Counted from the stretch's first letter, positions 1-9,862 are shown. The stretch: DNA of 30,375 bases from an uncultured Caldisericales bacterium (GCA_964465465.1 CAYXJW010000006.1:1-30375); one strand, 5' to 3'. The notes: generated by a model not told the origin, from the sequence alone. Program-made: numbers and translations.

Positions 1-442
1 CACATTACATAAACCTCATTCTTAACATATATTTTTTATTTATCCTTTATTAATACTGTATCCATTAAACTATACCGTAGGTGAAGCGTAAACACCCCAT
101 ATTTGATGATTTTAATGTTGTATATGTTCTAATACCTTTAATATAGTTTTTGTCCGTTAAAATGTAAATAAAGGCTATGTTTTAAATAAGTGTTTATCAG
201 CATTTCTTATGCATACAACGAAACAATGCGGGTTTATTGAATTATAACCTTTAACATCATAAATCAACAAATCCTTTATTTATCCCATTCTCATTTTTCA
301 ACTTTTCCACACTCAAATTAAACCTTTCAAAAAATATCAAACAAACGGTATAAGTTCGTAGAAAGATAGGATTTATCAACTATAGTTGTATATTTATTTA
401 TACAATTTTGCTCACTACCTTGTTTTTTAATTAAAAATGTTC

Positions 443-1645
443 TTATCGGATGAAATCTCTCACTGCCTTTTCTATTCTTTTAAGCCCTTCTTTTAGAATT
501 GAACGTGGGCAGGCTATGTTTAATCGAGCAAAGCCTTCTCCAGATGGACCAAATAAATATCCATCGTCCAGGCCAATTTTTGCTTTTTTAACAAGAAATT
601 CTGATAATTCTTTTCCGTTTAATCCGAGTTTTCGGAAGTCAAGCCAGACAAGATACGTGCCTTCAGGCTTTATTGGTTTCACTTCTGGTATTTTTTCTTC
701 GAAATATTTCAGTAAAAATTCAAGGTTTTCTTTTAAATATTCAAGGAGATCAGAAAGCCATTCATCTCCGTACCTGTATGCGGATTCCAGAGCAACGAGA
801 CTCAGCACGCTTACCTTTCCGAGCGTATGTCCTGCTGCTCTTATAAATTCGTTGCGCAATTTTTCATCTGGAATAATTATTGAGGAAACAGAAAGCCCTG
901 CAAGATTGAATGTTTTACTGGGTGAATAACAAGTTATTGAGTTTTGTTCAAATTCTCTGGATATGGAGGCAAATGGGATATGCTTTTTGTTTGAAAGCAC
1001 TATTTCAGAATGAATTTCATCTGATATTACTATTCCGCCATATTTCAACACAATTTCCCCAAACTTTTCTTGTTCTTCTCTACTCCACATACGGCCAACT
1101 GGATTGTGCGGATTGCATAAAATTGCGGCTTTTACTCCGGATGGTTCAGTGAATAAAAGTTTTTTAGGTTTGAATTTGTCTTCAAGATCTTTATAGTCCA
1201 TTACGTATTTTCCGTTTGAAAATTTTAGTTTGTTGTTTTCGATGTGGCATCCATTTTCTTTAATTGCCTTCCAGAATGGGTAATAAACTGGACCTTGCAA
1301 TACAACTTGATCGCCCGGATGCGTAATTGCTTTTAATGCTGTGGATATTGCTGGGACAACACCGGGCGTAAAAACAACCCATTCCGGTCTTATATCCCAT
1401 CCGTATTTTCTTTTCACCCTTTCTACTACAGAATCTATAACGGATTCCCACGGTTTTGTATATCCGAAAATAGGATGTTCCAATCTTCTCCTTACTCCTT
1501 CAATGATTTCTGGAGCAACGGGGAAATCCATATCTGCTATCCACATTGGAAGCACTTCGCTGTCTCCAAAAACTTCTTCCACGCAATCCCATTTTACTGC
1601 ACTTGTATTTGTTCTATCAAATATTGTGTCAAAGTTGCGCTTCAT
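443..1645 (-). CDS. PLP-dependent aminotransferase class I/II, MalY/PatB-type cystathionine beta-lyase (C-S lyase)
   Basis: 400-aa intact ORF. N-terminal DRTNTSAVKWD motif typical of MalY/PatB. PLP-lysine motif SPSKTFNLAG. Strong SD (GGAGGT) before the ATG at 1645. Confidence 0.85.
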   Translation of the reverse strand: MKRNFDTIFDRTNTSAVKWDCVEEVFGDSEVLPMWIADMDFPVAPEIIEGVRRRLEHPIFGYTKPWESVIDSVVERVKRKYGWDIRPEWVVFTPGVVPAISTALKAITHPGDQVVLQGPVYYPFWKAIKENGCHIENNKLKFSNGKYVMDYKDLEDKFKPKKLLFTEPSGVKAAILCNPHNPVGRMWSREEQEKFGEIVLKYGGIVISDEIHSEIVLSNKKHIPFASISREFEQNSITCYSPSKTFNLAGLSVSSIIIPDEKLRNEFIRAAGHTLGKVSVLSLVALESAYRYGDEWLSDLLEYLKENLEFLLKYFEEKIPEVKPIKPEGTYLVWLDFRKLGLNGKELSEFLVKKAKIGLDDGYLFGPSGEGFARLNIACPRSILKEGLKRIEKAVRDFIR

Positions 1646-1668
1646 TTTTTACCTCCTTCGCTTTATTA

Positions 1669-1696
1669 TTTATATTCGCATTTATTTTTTACACAA
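1669..1696 (-). promoter_or_regulatory. Possible sigma70-type promoter for the C-S lyase gene: TTGTGT, 16-nt spacer, TATAAA on the minus strand
   Basis: Read by eye on the minus strand. -35 is the complement of 1691-1696, -10 the complement of 1669-1674. It sits about 25 nt upstream of the SD/ATG. The AT-rich context allows many alternative hexamers. Confidence 0.25.
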
Positions 1697-1738
1697 GTAG
1701 TTTTTGATGGAAATTTTAAGGTTATTTAATTTTTGGTA

Positions 1739-1766
1739 TTGATTTTTTAACAGTTATCTATAAAAT
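1739..1766 (+). promoter_or_regulatory. Candidate promoter for the tRNA cluster: TTGATT(1739-1744), 16-nt spacer, TAAAAT(1761-1766)
   Basis: Hexamers read directly. The predicted start falls a few nt upstream of the tRNA-Pro 5' end at 1776. Two other candidate promoters in the window share this TTGATT-16-TATAAT pattern. Confidence 0.35.
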
Positions 1767-1775
1767 ATCTTTGTG

Positions 1776-1852
1776 CGGGGTGTGGCGTAGTTTGGTAACG
1801 CGCATGGTTTGGGACCATGAGATCGGAGGTTCAAATCCTCTCGCCCCGACCA
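1776..1852 (+). tRNA. tRNA-Pro (anticodon TGG), CCA encoded
   Basis: Cloverleaf folded by hand. Acceptor CGGGGTG/CGCCCCG. Anticodon loop TTTGGGA. T-arm GGAGGTTCAAATCCTCT. 3' ACCA. Confidence 0.85.
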
Positions 1853-1862
1853 GAGAACGGCT

Positions 1863-1939
1863 GCGCCCATAGCTCAGCAGGATAGAGCAACGGATTTCTA
1901 ATCCGTCGGTCGCTGGTTCGAATCCGGCTGGGCGCGCCA
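1863..1939 (+). tRNA. tRNA-Arg (anticodon TCT), CCA encoded
   Basis: Acceptor GCGCCCA/TGGGCGC. Anticodon stem ACGGA/TCCGT with loop TTTCTAA. T-loop TTCGAAT. Confidence 0.85.
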
Positions 1940-1945
1940 TATGAT

Positions 1946-2022
1946 GGTGGGTGTAGCTCAACGGTTAGAGTACCGGACTGTGGATCCGGTTGTTGGGAGT
2001 TCGAGTCTCCTCACCCACCCCA
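1946..2022 (+). tRNA. tRNA-His (anticodon GTG) with extra G-1 paired to C73, CCA encoded
   Basis: G-1 followed by GTGGGTG pairs with CACCCAC plus C73, as expected for bacterial tRNA-His. Anticodon loop CTGTGGA. Confidence 0.85.
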
Positions 2023-2044
2023 GGGTAATGAGGCAGGTGAGTTT

Positions 2045-2121
2045 GCGCCCATAGCTCAGTAGGATAGAGCGGCGGATTCCTAATCCGCAGGCCACAGGTT
2101 CAAATCCTGTTGGGCGCACCA
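2045..2121 (+). tRNA. tRNA-Arg (anticodon CCT), CCA encoded
   Basis: Acceptor GCGCCCA/TGGGCGC. Anticodon stem GCGGA/TCCGC with loop TTCCTAA. Confidence 0.85.
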
Positions 2122-2131
2122 GGAAAGGGGA

Positions 2132-2206
2132 GCGCCTATAGCTCAATGGATAGAGCGGCGGACTTCGGATCCGTTGGTTGCGGGTTCGACTCCTGCTAGG
2201 CGCGCC
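2132..2206 (+). tRNA. tRNA-Arg (anticodon TCG), CCA encoded
   Basis: Acceptor GCGCCTA/TAGGCGC. Anticodon stem GCGGA/TCCGT (G-U closing pair) with loop CTTCGGA. T-arm GCGGG TTCGACT CCTGC. Confidence 0.8.
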
Positions 2207-2221
2207 ACGTTTCATCAAGGT

Positions 2222-2297
2222 GGGTCCTTGGCTCAATTGGTAGAGCAACGGACTCTTAATCCGTGGGTTGCGGGTTCGAGTCCCGCAGGACCCACCA
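2222..2297 (+). tRNA. tRNA-Lys (anticodon CTT), CCA encoded
   Basis: Acceptor GGGTCCT/AGGACCC. Anticodon stem ACGGA/TCCGT with loop CTCTTAA. T-arm GCGGG TTCGAGT CCCGC. Confidence 0.85.
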
Positions 2298-2326
2298 TTT
2301 TTTATGGGAAGAAAAACGAGGAAAGT

Positions 2327-2411
2327 GCGAGGGTGGCGGAATTGGAAGACGCGCTGGACTTAGGATCCAGTGGGGAAACCCATGCGGGTTCAAGTCCCGC
2401 CCTTCGCACCA
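2327..2411 (+). tRNA. tRNA-Leu (anticodon TAG), long variable arm, CCA encoded
   Basis: 85 nt. Acceptor GCGAGGG/CCTTCGC. Anticodon loop CTTAGGA. Long extra arm TGGGGAAACCCATG. T-arm GCGGG TTCAAGT CCCGC. Confidence 0.85.
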
Positions 2412-2435
2412 TTTTTATATTGAAAGGAGCAGGAT

Positions 2436-3665
2436 ATGGATTATAAAGTTAAAGAGAAAACAAACGCAAAAATCGTTTTTGAAACAAAGAACAGTAGAGA
2501 AGAAATAGAAAAAGCAAAGAGAGAAGCATACAAGGAATTATCCAGGCGTGTAAGGGTGCCCGGTTTTAGAAAAGGTAAGGCTCCTTATGAAATTGGTGCT
2601 CCGTTTGTTGGTGAGGGAAGATTGCTTGAAGATGCAATAGATTTTTTGATGAGAGAAAACCTTGAAAAAGTGTTGGAAAAGGAAAATATTGAACCGGTTG
2701 TTCGCCCTGATGTTAAACTTGAAAAAATTGATGAAAATGAACTTGTTTTAACTTTTACGGTAGAGTTCCTGCCGGAGATTAACATTGAAATACCGGAAAA
2801 GATAGAGGTAAAATTTGACAAAACCGGCATAGATAAAGAGGTTGAAAAGAAACTTAAAGATCTTCAAAATACGTTTACGGAAATTAAACCAGTGGAAAGA
2901 GGAGCAAAAGAAGGAGACCTTGTAGAAGTTGAATACAAAATTGAGAATGTGAAAAATGCTGATTGGAAAACTGTTTCGTTGGAAGTTGGAAAGAAGCAGT
3001 TTGTGGGAGATTTTGATGAACAGGTTGTTGGAAAAAAAGCAGGCGATGAATTTACTGTGAAGTCGGAGAATATGTCTGTTTCTGTAAAAGTTGTTTCAGT
3101 TAAGGAGAAAAATGTGCCAGACATTGATGATAACCTTGCAAAAGATGCTGGATTTGAAGACCTTGAGGATATGAAAAAGCGTATTGAGGAAGAAGCACTT
3201 AAAAATAGAAAACTTCAGCTGGAAGAGGAAAAGGGAAACGAAGCGCTTTCTATTCTTTCAGAAAACCTCGAAGTTGAACTTCCGCAGAAACTTATTGAAG
3301 AACAGACAGAATCAAGAATAAAAAGTTTGGAAGAGCGATATATGAAGTATGGAGTAAGAATGGAGGATATTTTAAAGTCTGAAGGAAAGACAATGGAAGA
3401 GTTTAAAGAAGAGGTTAAAAAAGCAGTTGCTCAGGATATAAAAAAGGATTTGATTTTACGATATATTATAGAAAAACAGAACATAAAAGTTAGTGAAGAC
3501 GAGATAAAAGAAGAATTTGAAAAATTTTTGGATAGTCAAAATATAGACAAAAAGAAAGCAAAACTTTCAGAAGAGGCAAAGAGAATAATAGAAGACCAGA
3601 TTTTGAGGAACAAAGCAGTTTCTTTCTTAAAAGAACGTGCTATAATTAAAGAAGGAGATGATTAA
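2436..3665 (+). CDS. tig: Trigger factor (ribosome-associated chaperone / PPIase)
   Basis: 409-aa ORF. SD AAAGGAG is 7 nt before the ATG. The acidic/Lys-rich three-domain composition is typical of Tig, and it sits immediately upstream of clpP-clpX as is commonly seen. Confidence 0.88.
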   Translation: MDYKVKEKTNAKIVFETKNSREEIEKAKREAYKELSRRVRVPGFRKGKAPYEIGAPFVGEGRLLEDAIDFLMRENLEKVLEKENIEPVVRPDVKLEKIDENELVLTFTVEFLPEINIEIPEKIEVKFDKTGIDKEVEKKLKDLQNTFTEIKPVERGAKEGDLVEVEYKIENVKNADWKTVSLEVGKKQFVGDFDEQVVGKKAGDEFTVKSENMSVSVKVVSVKEKNVPDIDDNLAKDAGFEDLEDMKKRIEEEALKNRKLQLEEEKGNEALSILSENLEVELPQKLIEEQTESRIKSLEERYMKYGVRMEDILKSEGKTMEEFKEEVKKAVAQDIKKDLILRYIIEKQNIKVSEDEIKEEFEKFLDSQNIDKKKAKLSEEAKRIIEDQILRNKAVSFLKERAIIKEGDD

Positions 3666-3666
3666 T

Positions 3667-4272
3667 ATGGCAATTGTTCCTTTTGTTATTGAAGAAACAG
3701 GAAGGGGAGAAAGAAGTTATGATATCTTCTCCCGTTTACTTAAAGACAGAATAATATTTTTGACCGGGGAGATAAATGGGCAGGTTGCAGACTTAATTGT
3801 TGCTGAAATGCTTTTTTTAGAAGCGCAGGATCCCACTGCTGACATATACCTTTACATCAATAGCCCTGGTGGTGAGGTTATACCGGGTATGGCTATCTAC
3901 GATACAATGCAGTACATAAAGGCGCCCGTTTCCACTATTTGCCTTGGGCAGGCAGCCTCTCTTGCTGCTATTCTTCTTGCTGCTGGTGAAAAAGGGAAGC
4001 GTTATGCATTACCTCATTCAAGGATTATGATACACCAACCCTGGGGAGGTGCACAGGGGCAGGCAACTGATGTGGAAATCCAGGCAAAGGAAATTTTAAG
4101 AATAAAGAAGATGGGTAATGAAATCATTTCGCTGCACACGGGCCAACCATTAGAGAAAGTGCAGAAAGATACAGAGAGAGATTTTTATATGACGCCGGAA
4201 GACGCTAAGGCGTACGGCATTATTGACAAAATCATTACACGTTCTGTAAAATCCGGAGGTGATAAAGGTTAG
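3667..4272 (+). CDS. clpP: ATP-dependent Clp protease proteolytic subunit
   Basis: Catalytic Ser (GQAASLAA), His (IMIHQP) and Asp (RDFYMT) motifs are all present. I prefer the ATG at 3667 (MAIVPF), 11 nt after GGAG, over the ATG at 3658 from the ORF track, which sits directly on the SD. Confidence 0.9.
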   Translation: MAIVPFVIEETGRGERSYDIFSRLLKDRIIFLTGEINGQVADLIVAEMLFLEAQDPTADIYLYINSPGGEVIPGMAIYDTMQYIKAPVSTICLGQAASLAAILLAAGEKGKRYALPHSRIMIHQPWGGAQGQATDVEIQAKEILRIKKMGNEIISLHTGQPLEKVQKDTERDFYMTPEDAKAYGIIDKIITRSVKSGGDKG

Positions 4273-5504
4273 TGGACGATATAAAAGAACCTCGTTGCTC
4301 ATTTTGTGGGAAAAAATATAATGAAGCAGGTAAACTCATAGCAGGACCTAATGGTGTTTACATATGCGAGGATTGTATAAAGAAAGCATATCAACTCATA
4401 AAGTCAAATGAATCGGAGAGAATAAAGATAAACCTCAAAGAATTACCTCTTCCGCACGAAATACACAAAAAACTTGACGAGTATATAATAGGTCAGGAAG
4501 AAGCAAAGAGAATTATTTCAGTTGCTGCATACAATCATTACAAACGGATATTTGCAAACAATGATGATATTAATATAGAGAAAAGCAATATTTTACTGAT
4601 AGGGCCCACAGGCTCTGGTAAAACTCTTTTTGCTCGAGTACTTTCTAAGATAATAGGCGTTCCTCTTTCTATTTCAGATGCAACTTCTCTTACCGAGGCG
4701 GGATATGTCGGCGAAGACGTGGAAACGATTATACAATGCCTTTTGCAACTTACAGATTACAATGTAAGGAAAGCAGAAAAGGGCATTGTTTATATTGATG
4801 AAATTGATAAGATTGGTAGAAAAAGCGAAAACCCATCTATTACAAGAGATGTGTCAGGTGAGGGTGTGCAACAAGCACTCCTGAAAATTGTTGAAGGTAC
4901 AGTGGCTAATGTGCCTCCTGCTGGCGGAAGAAAGCACCCTTATCAGGAATTCATAAAGGTAAATACGAGAGATATTCTTTTCATTGCTGGCGGTACTTTT
5001 GAGGGGCTTGATGATATTCTTGCTGCGAGAATAAACAAGCGAAAAATTGGATTTGCAGAATCCGAGCAGATAGATCTTTCAAAGGTTCGTATTATGCCAC
5101 ATGATCTTGTAAAATTTGGGATGATTCCGGAGTTTGTTGGACGTTTTCCTGTTGTAGCGCGTCTTAAAGCGCTTACACGAGAGGAACTCATAAAAATTCT
5201 ATACGAGCCTAAAAATTCTCTTGTCGAGCAGTATAAAAAGATTTTTGCGCTTGATGGAATTGATCTTGAATTTGAAGAATCTGCATTGGGATACATTGCA
5301 GATAGAGCTCTTGAATTAAAAATAGGTGCAAGAGGTTTAAAATCTGTTATGGAACAGGCGATGACTGATTTGATGTACGAACTTCCTGCTATGAAAAATG
5401 AAGTGAAAAAGTGCATAATTACGAAAGAATTTCTTGCTGGTAAAGAAGAAGTTGTTCTACTTGATACAACCGGTAAAAGAACTTACATTAGAAAAACTGC
5501 ATAG
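4272..5504 (+). CDS. clpX: ATP-dependent Clp protease ATP-binding subunit ClpX
   Basis: N-terminal C4 zinc finger (CSFCGK...CEDC). Walker A GPTGSGKT. Walker [14 protein letters not shown] start overlaps the clpP stop by 1 nt. Confidence 0.92.
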   Translation: MDDIKEPRCSFCGKKYNEAGKLIAGPNGVYICEDCIKKAYQLIKSNESERIKINLKELPLPHEIHKKLDEYIIGQEEAKRIISVAAYNHYKRIFANNDDINIEKSNILLIGPTGSGKTLFARVLSKIIGVPLSISDATSLTEAGYVGEDVETIIQCLLQLTDYNVRKAEKGIVYIDEIDKIGRKSENPSITRDVSGEGVQQALLKIVEGTVANVPPAGGRKHPYQEFIKVNTRDILFIAGGTFEGLDDILAARINKRKIGFAESEQIDLSKVRIMPHDLVKFGMIPEFVGRFPVVARLKALTREELIKILYEPKNSLVEQYKKIFALDGIDLEFEESALGYIADRALELKIGARGLKSVMEQAMTDLMYELPAMKNEVKKCIITKEFLAGKEEVVLLDTTGKRTYIRKTA

Positions 5505-5512
5505 GAGGTAAT

Positions 5513-7834
5513 ATGGAAAAGAAATGGGAACTTTCGGAAGCACCGTTTATTCCTTTAAGAAATATTGTTATTTTTCCTTATATGGTGATACCCCTTCTTG
5601 TGGGTAGACCAAAATCTATTGCTTCGATTGAAAAAGCCCTTACTCAGAACAAAATGATCGTTCTTGCAACTCAGAAAAAGGGCATAGTTGAAGAACCAAC
5701 AGAAGAGGATATTTATGATATTGGAGTTGGTGCAGAGATTCTTCAAATACTAAAACTTCCTGATGGTACTTACAGAATTCTTGTTGAAGGAATCCAGAGG
5801 GTTAAGATTAAAAGGTTTTATACAGAGGGTGATTATTGGAAAGTAGATGTGGAACCTGTTGAAAAAGAATCTGGTGAAAAAAGTCTTAGACAGGAAGCCC
5901 TCATACGACTTATTCTTGAAAAATTTACTATTTACTCTGATTTAAACAAAAAAGTTCCTCAGGATCTTATTATTTCACTTTCTACCACAGAAGATCCGGG
6001 AAGGTTTGCCGATATGGTGGCTGCAAACCTTTTTATAGGCGTGGAGGAAAAACAGCAAATTCTTTCAACTATTGATGTTACTGAGCGATTACAAAAAATC
6101 GCACAAATCCTGGAAAGGGAAGTGACGGTCCTTGAGTTAAGCCGTAAGATAGATGATGAAGTGAGAAATAAAATTGAAAAGAGTCAAAAAGAATACTTCC
6201 TCAGGGAGAAATTAAAGGAAATAGAAAAAGAATTAGGTGAAGTTGGCGAAGATGTAGGTGAAATTGGTGAGTACAGAAAGAAGATGAAGGGTCGTAAATA
6301 CCCGGATTATGTGAAAGAAAAAATTGAAGAGCAACTTGAACGGCTTAAAAAAACACCTGTGATGAGTCCGGAGAGTGGAGTAATAAGGACTTATCTTGAT
6401 TGGCTTATTGAACTTCCCTGGGAGAAAAGAACGAGAGATAGAATTGATATAAAGAAAGCGCGACAAATTCTTGATAAGAACCACTACGATTTGAAAGATG
6501 TTAAGGAAAGAATTCTGGAACTTATCGCTGTAAAGAAATTAACCAGGAATATAAAAGGTCCTATTATTTGCTTTGTGGGGCCTCCTGGTGTTGGTAAAAC
6601 TTCACTTGGACGTTCCATTGCTGAAGCACTTAGCAGAAAATTTGTTCATGTTTCTCTTGGCGGTATAAGGGACGAAGCCGAAATAAGAGGACATAGAAGA
6701 ACATATGTCGGTGCAATGCCGGGAAGGATAATAGAGGGAATAAAGCAGGCTGGTGTTAAGAATCCTGTTTTTCTGCTTGACGAGATTGACAAAGTTGGAG
6801 CAGATTTTAGAGGAGATCCAACTGCTGCACTTCTTGAAGCACTTGATCCAGAACAAAACAATGCTTTTTCCGATCATTACATAGAACTTCCATTTGACCT
6901 TTCTGAAGTATTATTCATAACTACTGCCAACATTGTGGACACCATTCCACCGGCACTTCTGGATAGAATGGAAGTGATCTCACTTCCCGGATATATAGAT
7001 GAAGAAAAAGTTCAAATTGCAAAAAAGTTTATTATTCCAAAGCAACTCAAGGCGCATGGACTTAAATCAGATGATGTTAAGTTCACAGATGAAGCATTAT
7101 TTAAATTAATTCGTGAATACACGAGAGAAGCAGGATTGAGAAACCTTGAGCGTGCAATAATGAGAGTGATGAGAAAGGTTGCAAAGGAAAAGGTGGAAAA
7201 AGGTAAATCTGGTGTAGAAATTACAGTTAAAAATCTTAAAAAATACCTTGGAAATCCAATATTCTTTACAAGCATGCAGGAGAAGAAGAGTCAGATAGGC
7301 GTTGTATGTGGAATGGTTGTAACTCAGGCTGGCGGTGATATTGTTTACATTGAAGCAACGAAAATGAAAGGTAAAGGAAATCTTATCCTCACTGGACAAC
7401 TTGGAGATGTAATGAAAGAAAGTGCTCAGGCTGCTTTGAGTTATGTGCGTGCACATGCAAAAAAACTCGGCGTAGATCCAGATTTCTATGGAAAGTATGA
7501 TATTCATATTCATGTACCTGAAGGTGCTGTACCAAAGGAAGGTCCTTCGGCGGGTGTCACTATCTTCACTGCAATTGTTTCAATTCTTACTGAGAAAAAG
7601 GTTAGCAAAGATGTTGCAATGACTGGTGAAATAACGTTAAGGGGTAGAGTTCTTCCTGTTGGTGGAATAAAAGAAAAAGTGCTTGGTGCATACAGAGCTG
7701 GTATCACCACAATAGTTCTTCCAAAGCAGAATAAGGAAGATCTGGAAAAGATACCAAAGGCTGCCAAGAAAAAATTGAAGTTTGTGCTGATCGACAATGT
7801 TGAGGAGGCATTAAAGATAGCTCTTGAAACATGA
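5513..7834 (+). CDS. lon: ATP-dependent protease Lon (LonA)
   Basis: 773 aa. N-terminal LON domain. Walker A GPPGVGKTS. Catalytic Ser in PKEGPSAG and Lys in the GGIKEKVLGA region. SD AGGAGG upstream of the ATG. Confidence 0.92.
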   Translation: MEKKWELSEAPFIPLRNIVIFPYMVIPLLVGRPKSIASIEKALTQNKMIVLATQKKGIVEEPTEEDIYDIGVGAEILQILKLPDGTYRILVEGIQRVKIKRFYTEGDYWKVDVEPVEKESGEKSLRQEALIRLILEKFTIYSDLNKKVPQDLIISLSTTEDPGRFADMVAANLFIGVEEKQQILSTIDVTERLQKIAQILEREVTVLELSRKIDDEVRNKIEKSQKEYFLREKLKEIEKELGEVGEDVGEIGEYRKKMKGRKYPDYVKEKIEEQLERLKKTPVMSPESGVIRTYLDWLIELPWEKRTRDRIDIKKARQILDKNHYDLKDVKERILELIAVKKLTRNIKGPIICFVGPPGVGKTSLGRSIAEALSRKFVHVSLGGIRDEAEIRGHRRTYVGAMPGRIIEGIKQAGVKNPVFLLDEIDKVGADFRGDPTAALLEALDPEQNNAFSDHYIELPFDLSEVLFITTANIVDTIPPALLDRMEVISLPGYIDEEKVQIAKKFIIPKQLKAHGLKSDDVKFTDEALFKLIREYTREAGLRNLERAIMRVMRKVAKEKVEKGKSGVEITVKNLKKYLGNPIFFTSMQEKKSQIGVVCGMVVTQAGGDIVYIEATKMKGKGNLILTGQLGDVMKESAQAALSYVRAHAKKLGVDPDFYGKYDIHIHVPEGAVPKEGPSAGVTIFTAIVSILTEKKVSKDVAMTGEITLRGRVLPVGGIKEKVLGAYRAGITTIVLPKQNKEDLEKIPKAAKKKLKFVLIDNVEEALKIALET

Positions 7835-8558
7835 GGGTGTAAATATCGGTGAGATTTTAAAAAAAGAGCGTGAAAAACGGGGGCTTTCGCTTTCAGACAT
7901 TGCAAAGGAAACTCTCATCAGGGAGTTTTACCTTGAGCAGATAGAGAATAACGAATTTCCGCGCTACGATGGGTACATTGCAGCGTACATAAGAAAGTAT
8001 GCCGAGGCTCTGGGTATTGATCCAGAGCCTCTTGTGTCTGCGTATAAGGATTTATTTCCTGAGGAAGTTCATCCGGAAATTTTAAATAAAGAAGAAACAA
8101 AGAGCAAATTCCCGTTTTTAATTTCTGTGTTTGTTGTAGTTATTATTCTCTTCATTACTGCAATATTTGCCTTTTCTCATATGAGAAACGTAAAGCCTTC
8201 TGTAAACAATCAGAATGTGGAAACTCCTTCGCAAAGCAATTCTTCGGAAAAGACACCACTTTCTGAAAAGAAAAATCCACCTGAAACCAAGAATGAAAAT
8301 ATCTCCAGTGAAAAAAAGCCGGAAGGCATAAAAGTGACTGTAACGGTGGATTCAAAGTGCTGGCTTGGAGTTACAATTGATGGAAAATATACACAATTGA
8401 TGCTGTATAAAGGGCAATCAAAAACGTTTGTTGGGAAAAAATACATAAAAATTCTTTATGGCAATGCGATGCATGCTTATGTTACTGTTAATGGGAAAGA
8501 TGAAGGGGTGGTAAGTAAGGATAAGAGAGTTGTTGAGGTGGAATATAAATCTCCATGA
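7824..8558 (+). CDS. rodZ: RodZ-like cytoskeleton protein (XRE-type HTH, single TM segment, C-terminal DUF4115/RodZ_C domain)
   Basis: HTH (IGEILKKEREKRGLSLSDIAKETLI), one TM segment (FPFLISVFVVVIILFITAIFAF), a Ser/Lys/Glu-rich linker and a C-terminal beta domain (KVTVTVDSKCWLGVTIDGK...). Apparent TTG start overlaps the lon stop by 11 nt; the start codon is uncertain. Confidence 0.65.
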   Translation: MKHEGVNIGEILKKEREKRGLSLSDIAKETLIREFYLEQIENNEFPRYDGYIAAYIRKYAEALGIDPEPLVSAYKDLFPEEVHPEILNKEETKSKFPFLISVFVVVIILFITAIFAFSHMRNVKPSVNNQNVETPSQSNSSEKTPLSEKKNPPETKNENISSEKKPEGIKVTVTVDSKCWLGVTIDGKYTQLMLYKGQSKTFVGKKYIKILYGNAMHAYVTVNGKDEGVVSKDKRVVEVEYKSP

Positions 8559-9862
8559 GGAACTTTGAGCCAGTTGGAATTGTGAGTCTCGGTTGCCCGA
8601 AGAATATTGTTGATAGCGAAAGACTTCTGGGTAATCTTTTAAAAAATGAGATAAACATTACATTTGATATAAATGAAGCAAATTCTGTTATTATAAATAC
8701 CTGTGCATTTCTTCAATCGGCTCGTGAAGAAGCAGAATCTGTAATAAGAGAATTTATCGAAAAAAAGAAAAAGGGTTTGATTAAGAAAATTGTTGTTTCT
8801 GGATGTTATCCTGCTCTCTACGGAAAGCGTCTAATTGAAAAATTTCCAGAAATTGATGCAATAACAGGAACAAACGATCTCAATGCAATAACAGAGGCAT
8901 TTTACGGAAAAAAGATAATTCTCTCCAAAAGTTTTGAACAACTTGTACCTCCGAGATTACAGATCACACTTCCACATTACGAATATCTAAAAATTGCTGA
9001 TGGGTGTAACCATAAGTGTGCGTTCTGTCTCATACCTAAAATAAAAGGCAAAGTCCATAGTTTCCCTATGGATTTCCTCATTAACGAGGCAAAAAATCTT
9101 GCCGAAAACGGCGTAAGGGAACTTATCTTAATTGCTCAGGATACCACACAGTACGGAATTGATATTTACGGAAGAAATAGTCTGTTGCAACTTCTTGAAG
9201 CGCTTGAAAAAGTTGAAGGAATTGAATGGATCAGGATTTTATACACATACCCTTCTGAAATTTCAAAAGAGTTAATTGAATATATTGCTGCACCGCACAA
9301 CAAAACTGTGCCTTACATTGACGTTCCAATTCAGCATATAAGTGATAGAGTTTTGAAGCGTATGAACAGAATTGGAGATTCTACTTTTATCAGGAATCTT
9401 ATATACTCATTGAAGGCACACGGAATTGCTGTGAGAACAACTGTAATAACCGGCTTTCCCGGTGAAACCAGATCAGACTTTAAAGAACTTCTCAAGTTTA
9501 TAGAAGAAGTGAAGTTTGAACATTTGGGTGTCTTTGCGTTTTCGAGAGAACAGGGCACTGAAAGTTTTGATATGGAAGATCAGATTGATGAAGAAGAAAA
9601 ACAGGATAGGCTTGATCAAATTTTAGAGTTGCAGTACAGATTGAACATGGATAAATTCGATTCAATGAAAGGAAAAGAGTTGCCAGTTATTATTGACTAT
9701 TTTGAAGATCAGGTGGAGATGTTTGTTGGAAGGACAATTTTCGATGCTCCAGAGATAGATGATTACATTCTTATAAAAGGAAATGCAGGTGAGGGTGAAA
9801 TTTTAACTGCTGTTATAAATGGATATGATGAGAAGAGTTTATACGGTGAGGTGAAAATATGA
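8555..9862 (+). CDS. rimO: Ribosomal protein S12 methylthiotransferase RimO (radical SAM MTTase with TRAM domain)
   Basis: N-terminus VGIVSLGCPKNIVDSE is RimO-like rather than MiaB-like. Radical-SAM motif CNHKCAFC. ATGA start/stop overlap with rodZ. Confidence 0.82.
   Translation: MRNFEPVGIVSLGCPKNIVDSERLLGNLLKNEINITFDINEANSVIINTCAFLQSAREEAESVIREFIEKKKKGLIKKIVVSGCYPALYGKRLIEKFPEIDAITGTNDLNAITEAFYGKKIILSKSFEQLVPPRLQITLPHYEYLKIADGCNHKCAFCLIPKIKGKVHSFPMDFLINEAKNLAENGVRELILIAQDTTQYGIDIYGRNSLLQLLEALEKVEGIEWIRILYTYPSEISKELIEYIAAPHNKTVPYIDVPIQHISDRVLKRMNRIGDSTFIRNLIYSLKAHGIAVRTTVITGFPGETRSDFKELLKFIEEVKFEHLGVFAFSREQGTESFDMEDQIDEEEKQDRLDQILELQYRLNMDKFDSMKGKELPVIIDYFEDQVEMFVGRTIFDAPEIDDYILIKGNAGEGEILTAVINGYDEKSLYGEVKI

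Noticed and set aside
450-1700. Plus-strand ORFs (450..929, 910..1152, 1341..1700, 1475..1729) inside and antisense to the C-S lyase gene
   Set aside because: They are antisense to a well-supported 400-aa gene with clear PLP motifs. They have no SD and their protein sequences are low-complexity or odd.
1758-2508. Four ORFs of 67-96 aa on both strands spanning the tRNA cluster (1758..1961-, 1958..2248-, 2174..2446+, 2263..2508+)
   Set aside because: They lie entirely over seven well-folded tRNA genes. The open frames are artefacts of G+C-rich tRNA sequence.
3658-3666. ClpP start at the upstream ATG (3658) given in the ORF track
   Set aside because: That ATG directly abuts the AAGGAG SD (spacing about 2 nt). 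The ATG at 3667 has ideal spacing and yields a typical ClpP N-terminus. The upstream codon is kept only as an alternative.
4943-7905. Antisense ORFs within clpX and lon (for example 4943..5416-, 7106..7513-, 7510..7905-)
   Set aside because: They are embedded opposite highly conserved protease genes, with no ribosome-binding sites and Ser/Phe-rich translations typical of antisense frames of AT-rich genes.
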